Source: Tricharina praecox (taxonomy: Eukaryota). Taken from it: 33,484 nucleotides of DNA. Position numbers and translations under genes: made by a program. The notes beneath the pieces were generated by a model. The model ran no database searches. It was not told the DNA's origin and worked only from the letters and a program-made list of their open reading frames with translations. The stretch spans positions 496,001 to 529,484 of the forward strand of contig NW_026250430.1 of NCBI RefSeq assembly GCF_024521635.1, in the 5' to 3' direction. Shown piece after piece: positions 1 to 9,111 of the stretch; position 1 is the stretch's first letter, and the number at the start of each line of letters is the position of its first letter.

Positions 1-53
1 GTATGTGTGTCCCATCCGATGTTCCGCTCTCCGGGTTCTGACATATCCGGTAG
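1..53 (+). other. Spliceosomal intron of the OSBP gene
   Basis: GTATGT donor at 1, CTGAC branch at 38-42, TAG acceptor at 51-53, immediately before the GVKKPLNP codons. Confidence 0.8.
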
Positions 54-1337
54 CGGCGTCAAGAAACCCCTAAACCCGATTCTCGGCGAGCGCTTCACCT
101 GCCACTGGGACTTTGCGGCGGCCCCGGGAACCCAGGCCTTCTACATTGCCGAACAGACGTCGCACCACCCACCGAAATCGTCGTACTTTTACATGGCGCC
201 CCACCACCACATCCGGATTGACGGCACGTTGAAGCCGCAGTCGCGCTTCTTGGGAAATTCTGCCGCGTCAATGATGAACACCTCTGTCGTGATCATGCGG
301 TTGCTGAACCGCGGCACGTCGGCAGGGAAACAGGGTGGAGGAGAGAAGTACATCCTGACGCAGCCAAACATGTATGTGCGCGGTATCCTGTTCGGTAAAA
401 TGAAGTACGAGCTTGGGGACCACGCATATGTTCGGTGCTCAGAGTTGGATCTGGTCGCGGATATCGAGTTCAAGGTGAAGGGGTTCTTCACCGGCGCGTA
501 CAATGCTATTGGCGGTTTCATCAAGCGGGAGAGCACCGGCGAGAACCTGTACGAGATCACCGGTAGCTGGAACGCGGACATGTACATCAAAAACCTGATG
601 GTGAGTTTACTTGGCCGATGAATACGGCAGCGATGCTAACGATTGAAAGACGGGGAAACGGGAGCCGTTGTTCGACGCTACGCAGACCGCCGCGACACCG
701 CCGACCGTACGACCGATCGAGAAGCAGGATGAACGCGAGTCTCAGCGGCTGTGGTATGAAGTCGTTTCCGCTCTCAAAAGGAGGGACCAAGATGTTGCCA
801 CCGCCGAGAAGTGCAAAATCGAGGACCGGCAGAGGGAAGAGGCCCGACTCCGTGAGGCGGATGGCGTCGAATGGCAGCCCCGGTACTTCCGACCCGTCGA
901 GCCTGGCACCGGTGACGAAGATGCGTTGGACTTCATCTTAGCGACACATATGTAAGTTCCCTCTCCCGTGACCCTCACCACTCATTCAACTAACTCCACA
1001 TAGCAACGAGGAAGCCTCACCCGAGGAACAAATCAAGCAAATCTTACAAATCGCTCCGATAGTAGATGGTGAACCGCGGCCCAGCAAGTACGACATTCCC
1101 CCACACCACCCCCACAATGACGCGCCTCACCAGGCACTACCAATAGGTAACACCGCTACGGATACACCGGGATCGGAGTCGGGACTAATCGACTTTTCGC
1201 CGCAAGTAGTAGGACAAGCACCTGCGTCACTCGGAGGTCCCCAGCTGGTACCGACGGATAAAGGAATCGCGCCCGCTGGCCAACCCAAACCTAGGAGTGT
1301 CAACAGCGACGATGAGTTTGTTGACGCGCAGAGTTGA
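54..1337 (+). CDS. Oxysterol-binding protein (OSBP/ORP, Osh6/Osh7-like), 5'-partial; exons 54-600, 650-951, 1004-1337
   Basis: The translation contains KKPLNPILGE and EQTSHHPP (ORD signature EQVSHHPP), plus KCKIEDRQREEAR..WQPRYF. Removing introns 601-649 and 952-1003 joins ORFs 7..621 and 668..955 and a last exon ending SDDEFVDAQS* (TGA 1335-1337) in one frame. Confidence 0.92.
601..649 (+). other. Spliceosomal intron of the OSBP gene
   Basis: GTGAGT donor, GCTAAC branch, AAG acceptor. Removal restores the frame (NLM|TGKREPLFDA). Confidence 0.88.
952..1003 (+). other. Spliceosomal intron of the OSBP gene
   Basis: GTAAGT donor, ACTAAC branch, TAG acceptor. Removal gives an open last exon to 1337. 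Confidence 0.85.
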
Positions 1338-3174
1338 TTGGTTTCTTACCCTTTTTTTTTTCCTAGACTTTTTTCTTGTTTTCGTTTCAACAATGGGCAT
1401 AACATCGCGATTTGGGTTTCGTTTTCCTTTCTTTCTTTTCTCGTTTCTTCATCACATCGGAGTTTGCGAGCTGGTTGTGTGGGGGAGTACGAAGTAGACT
1501 CTTTTTTCTTTTTACCTTCTGTCGTTTTGTTTTTTCATTTTGGGGAGGGGGGTGGGTGTAGAACGGGGAGGGAGAATTTAGACGGACGGGACACACACTC
1601 GGGCTTCCCCGTTTGGATATGGTCATAGGTGTTAACATATAAAAGCTCAACCTTTTATCGCAATCGGTAGTTTCTCGTGAGGGAATTGCAGCGGCGGTCC
1701 GAGGAAGGAGATGGATGATGCGAATGCGAAGTAGTAGTGATAGTGCGTGATAATGAGAAAGCGATTGATGTGAATGTGTTGAATATAGATGGAACGACAG
1801 ATATAATTGATTCGATACAGAAAAAAGTATCGTCAGCGGCGAGGCATCTCTTTATATGCACGAGTGATGTGCCGCCTAAAGTTCGCCGCCGCCCAAAGTT
1901 CGCCGCAGCCGCGTAGCCAAATGCTCGTCGAGACTCAGCCTCGACCCTTCACCGTTAACCTTATTCGTGCCGACGTCTCCGGGCGACTAATGTTTGACAG
2001 AATGGAGGGAGATCAGGTTGTTTCCGATTTGATATCTGAAGAGGAGATTCGAGGGTATTGCTCGATGAGGTGGGAAGGGGTCTAGAAAGCCACACATTGA
2101 TCTCAAATCATTGCCTTGGATCCGCTGGCTTGCCGGCCCTGGAAGAAAACAAGAGAGCCGACAAAAGGTATGAAAGAAGAGCAGGACCGGAGGTCGACTG
2201 AAGCGTTTGCTGGGAGATTGCTGCATCTGTATCTCACGTTAAGTTCACACAGTAGCACTGGGTGACTCACACGAAGTCACTCGCTTCAAACTAGGAAAAC
2301 TCATAACTCCAAGTTTTTATGCTTCCTAGGGATGGGCACGGAAAGTGGGGCGCCGCACCGGACTGGCCGGTACTGGAGTTCTCCACCTCGAGTGTTCAGG
2401 GCGACCAGGAAAGGGAGTTCGTTGGTTCGCCATAGTCTAGATAGGCTGCATGCGAAATAAAACAGGAAGATCTTCTTCTCTCTCTATGCTTCCTAGGCAC
2501 GCCATGACCGTCATTACTACAAGAGAAGCATCCGCCGTATGGGTGGAGCTGCTGGTGGAATAATCACATTGAGGCGGTTCAGACCTCGGATGACCTATCA
2601 TGAAAGTACTGCACGGCGTGGAACGGGAAGTAAAGTACAGTTAATTCGCCTCAGTTGAAACATCTGCCGTTCCGCTCCTCTTATACTGAACAGAGTCTTC
2701 TTAGTTCGGCAACTGCCAGAGCATGAAGTCGCATACAATTAGCCGCGCTGAAACCTGATGACGGGCTGGAATCCGTCGAGTCTCAACGCTTCTAAGGATA
2801 GTTACCTAAGCGGCCTCCGCATGTATATGTAGTGATTCTCAAGTTGTAGCTTCGCCGCCGGAGAGGTAGCTGTGATCGCCACCAGCGATACGTATATGTG
2901 TTATGTAGGCATGGATTGGTATTGAGCTCACAGCCACTCGGCGAAGATAGAAATGTCATCCCTACATACACCCGACTGGAAAGAAATGAAGATGCGGGCT
3001 CGATTAGAAAAAAGAAAGCAAATAGGTACGAACCAACGAATGAATGAAGCGCAGCAGATCCAACAGAACAACCCGCAAGCAAGCTAATCAGAAAAAATAA
3101 ACCACCCCAAAAAGAAGAAAAAACTCAGACCTCCCGTCTTCCGCCTGGTCAATAGTCACCCCCATCGCGCCTAA

Positions 3175-3357
3175 CTAGCCCCAGCGCGCCCTCATCTCCG
3201 CCTCATTGGCAGCCGCCATATGCGCGGCGAACTGCTTGTCGGGGCAGCGTTTTCCGCACCGCGTGTTCTCGCACGTCTGCGTACTCATGCTGTTCTTGTT
3301 ACCACAGGGTGCGCACTTCCACTTGTACGCTGCTGACTTGGAGGATGAGCCTCCCAT
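3175..3357 (-). CDS. Putative 60-aa protein with N-myristoylation motif and RanBP2/NZF-like C4 zinc finger
   Basis: MGGSSSK start (M-G-x-x-x-S-K) and W-x-C-x2-C-x3-N-x6-C-x4-C. Start context CACAATGG, C/A-rich leader, TATAAA about 200 nt upstream. Confidence 0.62.
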   Translation of the reverse strand: MGGSSSKSAAYKWKCAPCGNKNSMSTQTCENTRCGKRCPDKQFAAHMAAANEAEMRARWG

Positions 3358-3559
3358 TGTGATCGTGTTTTGTGTGTGGGAAAAGTGTGGGAAGAAGTTT
3401 GGTCGAGGTTGTGGTGTTGATACTCCTCTGTTTGTTTGTCTCGGAGGTCCAGATAGCTTGCTTGTTCAGGAAATTGTGTGTTTTCCGTGTGGTGTTGAGG
3501 TATGTGTTTGTGATTGGTGAGTATGATGAAAGAAAATGTCGGGCGCACCGTTAATGAGG

Positions 3560-3565
3560 TTTATA
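3560..3565 (-). promoter_or_regulatory. Candidate TATA box of the 60-aa gene
   Basis: TATAAA on the minus strand, followed by a pyrimidine/CA-rich stretch leading to the ATG at 3357. Confidence 0.4.
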
Positions 3566-4855
3566 TCCGTTGGAGGCGGCGAGACCAATTGAAGCTCACA
3601 TACGCTTCAAATGCCATGCACATCACCGAGCTTTGAACGCGTAGCTACAACATAGCCGTTGAATTCTGCATGCTGCTCAGTGCGCTTCGAGTGGGCATTC
3701 ACGCTGGAATCTTCTGTGAATGGATAGGGCGTTTTGCTGTAACAGTGCAGAGGTCCCAAGGGGTTCTGTGAGTGATCATTCGTCTGTACCGGACGACCGA
3801 CATACCTGGTATCTACTCGACTACCGATTTCTTACCGTCGCTTCTCCATTACCGCCGCCTCCATCCATTTCCTCACCGCCCCGCCAGCAGTCCGCAGCCG
3901 AGCGATCGCTACTGCCGCCTCTCCGGTATCCGTTTGGCAGGTATGAAGGTCATCGAGCCCCGCTGGTTGCAGTGCTAATACTATAGCGAGGTCACAGCAC
4001 TCAGTTTTGCGGATTTGTGGCTCGGCGAGCGGCAGGCTGCAGTTTCGTCCTGTGGAGGGAATGAGGGGGGTATATATGTCTGCAGACTTTCTCCTGTACT
4101 TCCTCTCGCCGCCGTAGCCTTACGCTACAAAACTCTAGGATCCAGCCCACCCAATGCCGGCGGGCTCGACTTGCAGCACAATGGCTTTCGCCCGGGTTAT
4201 GAGATCAGCCCACCAGCCTTGGCCCAGCCCATGGGCGTTTCGAGCTATTGCCTGCACTGGGTTGGATATGTGCACGAGTACAGGGCCTGATGCTGCATCA
4301 GCTACAATTCAATCGCAGCAGCGGAAGAGGGGGGCCACAAGCGACTCTGGAGCCTAATAGCGTCCCAGTGCTATTCCCGTGGATGATCTCTGCTTTTTAT
4401 ATTTTTATATTGTTTTGTTTAATCCTTGATTGCATGTGGCCCAGCTAGGTTGATGATGGCAACATCCACACACGCACTCCGTTTCCACGCCACTGCCATC
4501 CAACCCAAATTCCATCGAGCGGCGTGAATAGGCTTCCCCTGCCATTTGTGGGCCCGAACTGTCTCGACGGTACATAGAGCGCACCAAGCAAATGACACCA
4601 GCACACGACAACTTCCGCTCGCTGCTCTGCCTCGGCCCCGTCTGAGGTGGAGGACAGGTCGCGTAAATATCATTCGGCTGATTGATGGTTTATTAGTCCC
4701 GATACCCTACGCACTACTGCAAAAGTTCATCCCTCACCTGTCCACGAGTTGTGCCGTGTCGCAGTATTCTAACTTGGATGTCTAAGGTGCTACGCCCGGC
4801 CCCTATCACAGCGTGCTAGGCCCCATATCTCACTCGGCCACCCAAGGTCCACGAC

Positions 4856-5330
4856 TGTTGTATATTCTGGCCTAGACTGTCTGATTTCAGGCTTGGCATC
4901 ACCATAGCTATCACAATACCCCCGTCTTGTACCGAGCTCCTTTCTATTCTCTAAGCAATAAACATCATCAAATATCTCAGCTTACTCTCTCCCATTGTAT
5001 ATTTACAACAGGTTATAAGCCTGGGTCCGCGCAACCAATATCGACAATCCTATCCTTTATCCTCAAACTCTCCAATCTCAATCGATACTACTATTCACAA
5101 CCAACTCCAATCAAGTCAGCGAAAACGTCTAACCTTACCTTCCTGCTTCTCCGACATGCACCAACCTGCATGAAGCGGCCACAATGTTTCCCCATCCTAA
5201 TTAACCACTCCCTTTACTAATCCTTGCCAGCCGGAAGCTTCAATGAGATACAAATCACAAACTACCCGGATGTAAGATCGACCTATCCTGCACAACATTT
5301 CCAGCGAACACCATCAGATGGGTAGGTATC
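4856..5330 (+). mobile_element. Ty1/copia relic: 155-bp 5' LTR (4856-5010), PBS and decayed leader/gag start
   Basis: TGTTGTATAT...ATTTACAACA terminal inverted repeat (9/10) with an internal AATAAA. It is followed directly by GGTTATAAGCC, close to the GGTTATGRGCCC half-tRNAiMet PBS of copia/hemivirus-type elements. Truncated by a gypsy LTR at 5331. Confidence 0.65.
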
Positions 5331-5439
5331 TGTCATGGCTCGAGGCGGTAGATCCGAAGGAGGGTCGGAACAGGGATCGGGGGGCAGCGCGCAGGCACCG
5401 CACGGGGCAGCGCGGGCGGCAGCGCGGGAATGAGCCGCA

Positions 5440-6017
5440 CTATAATCTCAAGAGTCATAAGTTACTGATTTCCCAACAAAGAAAGCACTATGTCATGTTT
5501 CAATGTTGACAAGCTTCGCCTCGAATACCCACAGACGCTGGACACGGCGCTCTCGGCCGTACACACAGTAGGAGCAACGATCAATATCGCAAACCCCTCT
5601 GCCTGGTTGAGAATGTTACCGCAACAATACCACCTTGCGCAGCGCGACTTCCACCAGATGTACGCTGCATGTGACTAAGTCTTCAACTACAACGACAGCC
5701 GGATGCGAGAAATCAAGCGGAACTACGAACTGCTGTGCGAAGCCATGACGCATCACCCCACACAGAACAGGGCAAAACACGAAGTCACTACCGCATGGCT
5801 CCGCACAGAGCTCCCAAACGCCGCCTACTCCATAGGAGGCTTACACAGTGACATGTGGACAGTAATTCTGGAGCGCACCAAGGAGGACGAGATCAGGCAA
5901 CCGAACACCAGCATAGCCCACGCCTTGCTCCAAAGTGCGATTACCTTTCTCTAAACCGTCAGGCTGAGTACCGAAAAGCCCAGGAAGACCACAATCGCAG
6001 CATCGAAGTATGAGGAG
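5440..6017 (+). pseudogene. Fragment of a B/C-related element: PBS plus decayed N-terminal gag region
   Basis: CTATAATCTCAAG resembles the B and C PBS. Peptides LRLEYPQTL, NPSAWLR, AQRDF, MREIKRNYE and WLRTEL match 32234..32815 (-), with in-frame stops. Confidence 0.85.
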
Positions 6018-6423
6018 TGTCACAGTTCAGAAATCCAGGCCTTAAGTAGCTACTGGGATGATGGCCTTCAGCCATCAAAATACCTTTTGGTGGAGTATAG
6101 TACTTTCCCAGTGTACTTTATTACAGTTTGATGACAGCCAAGGTCATGCGTTCAATTCCCACTACGAGCAGTTACTTTCCTATGCTGCAGCGTTGTTCAG
6201 GAATGGGATGGCTTACAGTGAGTGATGGTTTATGATTCTTATCATGAAATATGACTCATTGGGGGTTAACTACTTGAAGGCTTCCTGGAGTAAGCCCCTA
6301 AAGAGGGGATACTGTCAGAGTTCAGAAATCCTTGCCTTAAGTAGCTACTGAGATGATGGCCTTCAGCTATCAAAATACCTTTTAGTCGAGTGGTATAGTA
6401 CTTTCCCAGTGTACTTTATTACA
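6018..6423 (+). mobile_element. TRIM-like miniature non-coding LTR element (family D): LTRs 6018-6125 and 6313-6423, 187-bp internal region
   Basis: Two direct repeats of 108 and 111 bp, each TGTCA...TTACA. PPT AAAGAGGGGATAC lies before the second repeat. Solo copies with 5-bp TSDs elsewhere in the window show the family is mobile. Confidence 0.88.
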
Positions 6424-6489
6424 CTGGCAGGGTGAATTCCTCAGGGTCTGGCTTATTACACTGGCAGGGTGAATTCCTCAGGGTCTGGC
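6416..6489 (+). repeat. Perfect 37-bp tandem duplication across the D/A-LTR junction
   Basis: TTATTACACTGGCAGGGTGAATTCCTCAGGGTCTGGC at 6416-6452 and 6453-6489. Confidence 0.95.
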
Positions 6490-6829
6490 ACACGCCCACG
6501 GTCATTGTCAAGTTCGGGAAGAAGTGTAGGATTTCCTGTATAAACGGGCCGTTCCCACTCTGTATTTACTTCTTCACGCAACAACTTGTTAATACAACAA
6601 CTGTTACCTCTGTCCTTGCCCCGGCTGCCATCTGCGTCGTAGTCCTTGTCTCTGTCCCGTTTCTCAGTTGCCGTCTGCACTGAGCCCTGCCTCACCTCGT
6701 CCCCCGAACCCATCTTACCTCTGCGCAGCCCATTACCCGATCACCCGCCCGGCTTCGCTACCTGGAGCCTTGCCCAACCGCGCTGTTACACTTTGTTGCG
6801 TCCCCTACCTTTCCACCTAGCGAACTACC

Positions 6830-8023
6830 ATGGCCACCAACACTCAGGTACCCGACGTCCCTAGCAGGAGGAAGTACCACTGGCACCCCCCTTCTACCGA
6901 GAAATTCCCGCCGCCATGTACGAACATATCCAAATCACCGTCAATCACAATGCACCCGCCGACGATGCAACCCTGATGGGGTGTATAACGAAATCAGAAT
7001 CCTCGCCTGCGCAATCACCCTGTCCCCAATAGCGGTAACAATCTGGCGGTTCGACGACCTCGAAGAACAACTTCCTGACGCCCGCCGCATCGCCAACCGC
7101 CTCGCCACCGTCGAAAACCAACCTCAAAGGCGCACTGAGCATGTCCCAGAGCCCGCCATGTTAGACGGAACACGCGAGAAACTGGAAGGGTTTGTTGCGC
7201 AACTTCGACTCAAGCTGTACAGCGACCCAGCGCGTTTCCCCACTCCAGCACTCCGCATGGCCTACACCTTCAATCGCTTGGAAGGCCGCGCCCAAGCACA
7301 GATCCTGCCGTACATCGAGAACAACAACATCACCCTCACCGACGCTGATGCGATCATGACACTCCTGAACAATGCGTCTGGTGACCCCAACCCAGCGGCC
7401 ACCGCTCGAGCCAAGCTGCACCATCTGAAACACGGCAAAAAGGAGTTCACCATCTACTTTGCGGAATTCCAGATGCTAGTCTCCAAGCTCAATTGGGACG
7501 AGCATGCGAAACTTGACGCGCTACGAGAAGGAGTATCCAACAAACTCCATTGGCAACTTGTGGACCGTAGTCAGGGCGTCAACTACGGTGAGTTTATGGC
7601 CCTCTGTCAACACCTCGACTCCGAGCTGCGTGCCCTCCAGCTTCGTGAGGGACGCAACACCACCGAACCCCCTCGACAGAGTAGCGCCCCCCAACGCACG
7701 GCGCTGCTCAGGCACACCACCCAGAACACCATGTCCGCGACAACCACTGCCACAGGAACGGGCCCCAGTGCCATGGACTTGAGTGCCAACAGCCGCAGGA
7801 TCTCAGACCAAAAGCGTGTCGCCTGGCTCCGCGAAGGCCGCTGTCTGTACTGTGGAGAAAATGGCCATATGGCCAGGCACTGCCCCAACAAGAACCGCAA
7901 TCCTTTCCGAGCAGCCGTTGACTGGCTGGAGTGAGCTCAGCCCACCAATACACTCAGACTCACACCAATCACAACTGCAACCAGGATTGCGGCGAGACCT
8001 GCCAGCAGTCGGGAAAAGCCTAG
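6830..8023 (+). pseudogene. gag: gag of A1 (premature stop and frameshifts)
   Basis: Highly similar to 11846..13036 (EPAMLDGTREKLEGFVAQLRLK; CLYCGENGHMARHC). TAG at 6862-6864 and indels break the frame. Confidence 0.9.
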
Positions 8024-8536
8024 ACTAACAATCGCTTGATGGCACCGTTGTTGGTCGTATCCAGGATAAGTCTTTGTCTCCTTCGTCCCCTATTTTCCGT
8101 TTGTCTAGTCTCTCAGTGTCAGGAATGGTTGTGGAGGAATCATCAATGGAAGGAAAACATGTTGTTATATTCTGTAACCTTTTGTTTGGTGACGAAACCA
8201 TTGCCACGCATGCGCTGATCAACTGTGGGGCAACCGGAATTGCATTTGTAAACAAAGACTTCGCCCGCCATCACCACTTACCCCTCGTGCCACTGAAATC
8301 TCCGCGCACCCTCGAAGTTATCGATGGCTATCCCATCGAGTCAGGCTGTAATAAAGTACACTGAGAAAGTACTATACGACTCGACCAAAAGGTATTTTGA
8401 TGGCTGAAGCCATCATCTCAGTAGCTACTTAAGGCCAGGATTTCTGAACTGTGACACAGGCGACATTACACATGTTGCCAACACCAACCTGTCCATACAG
8501 TAACACCACGAATAAATCCCTATGTTTGTCACCAAA
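8011..8536 (+). pseudogene. pol: pol 5' end (aspartic protease) of A1, interrupted by a D solo LTR
   Basis: GGGAAAA slippery site at 8011. ALINCGATG corresponds to ALIDCGATG in A2, so the catalytic Asp is lost. In-frame stops are present. Confidence 0.88.
8347..8456 (-). mobile_element. Family-D solo LTR (110 bp), TSD CAGGC
   Basis: Reverse complement of 6018-6125. CAGGC at 8342-8346 and 8457-8461. Confidence 0.93.
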
Positions 8537-8724
8537 TGTGACACCCCGATAGGTATTGGGAATCACGACGGTTGCAAGAGATGTGATTAAATAGTTCAGG
8601 TGATTAGAATAGAGTTGCGAGCTGAAGGGATAGTTAGAAGCGATCGAGTACAAGTCAGGAAGGAGAAAAGCAAACGGATTCCAGAGTCTAGACAGTGATT
8701 GGAGGCGCGACTGATTGGGGTAAC
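8537..8724 (+). repeat. 5' part of a plus-oriented family-C LTR (element C0)
   Basis: TGTGACACCCCGATAGG...CCAGAGTCTAGACAGTGAT is the reverse complement of the corresponding part of 26176-26864. It is cut off by the C1 LTR at 8725. Confidence 0.88.
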
Positions 8725-9000
8725 TGTGAGACTGGAACAAGTTTGGGTCGCCGGACTATATGGTATAATCAAGTGTAGAATAAAAGTCAGGGATTTCGAT
8801 AATTGACAACACAATAATCTTAAGGGTGTTTCATTGATGGTTTGTTTGGTGCGATGATTGTGTTTTTTGGTTCGGTTGCCCGCTCAGTTCGGCTTATAGC
8901 CGTCCCGATCCACAGCACGTGATTCCTCTAGAATGCGGCTTAACGTAGCTCCGTTGCTTCCTTTGCATCGGAGTTTCTCGGCCTAGCCTAGAGTCGTCGT

Positions 9001-9111
9001 TGTAATAAAGTACACTGGGAAAGTACTATACCACTCGACCAAAAGGTATTTTGATGGCTGATGGCCATCATCCTAGTAGCTACTTAAGGCCAGGATTTCT
9101 GAACTGTGACA
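9001..9111 (-). mobile_element. Family-D solo LTR (111 bp), TSD GTCGT
   Basis: Reverse complement of the D LTR. GTCGT at 8996-9000 and 9112-9116. The empty site is visible in the C2 LTRs. Confidence 0.94.

Larger units (their letters stand above)
5331..8536 (+). mobile_element. Degenerate family-A Ty3/gypsy element (A1), 5' part, interrupted several times
   Basis: LTR pieces 5331-5439 and 6424-6790 align to the A LTR at 11297-11806. PBS at 6793-6801. gag and protease are similar to 11846-13435. It ends where a C-type LTR begins at 8537. Confidence 0.85.

Noticed and set aside
7..53. N-terminus of the 204-aa ORF as the true start
   Set aside because: It lies in an intron (1-53); the gene starts upstream of the window.
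2318..2497. 13-bp direct repeat TATGCTTCCTAGG (2318-2330 and 2485-2497)
   Set aside because: No element structure or terminal repeats lie between the copies, and there is too little to interpret.
1338..3100. Short ORFs in the intergenic region (also 3600-4850)
   Set aside because: Low-complexity or UTR-like sequence with no recognisable motifs or consistent splice structure. A small spliced gene cannot be excluded.
3156..3190. Imperfect 16-bp duplication of the last codons and stop of the 60-aa ORF
   Set aside because: A local duplication in the 3' UTR with no evident function.
6081..6170. Functional tRNA gene
   Set aside because: The acceptor strands do not pair and there is no clear anticodon arm. 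Only the box-like motifs and the 3' third are tRNA-like.
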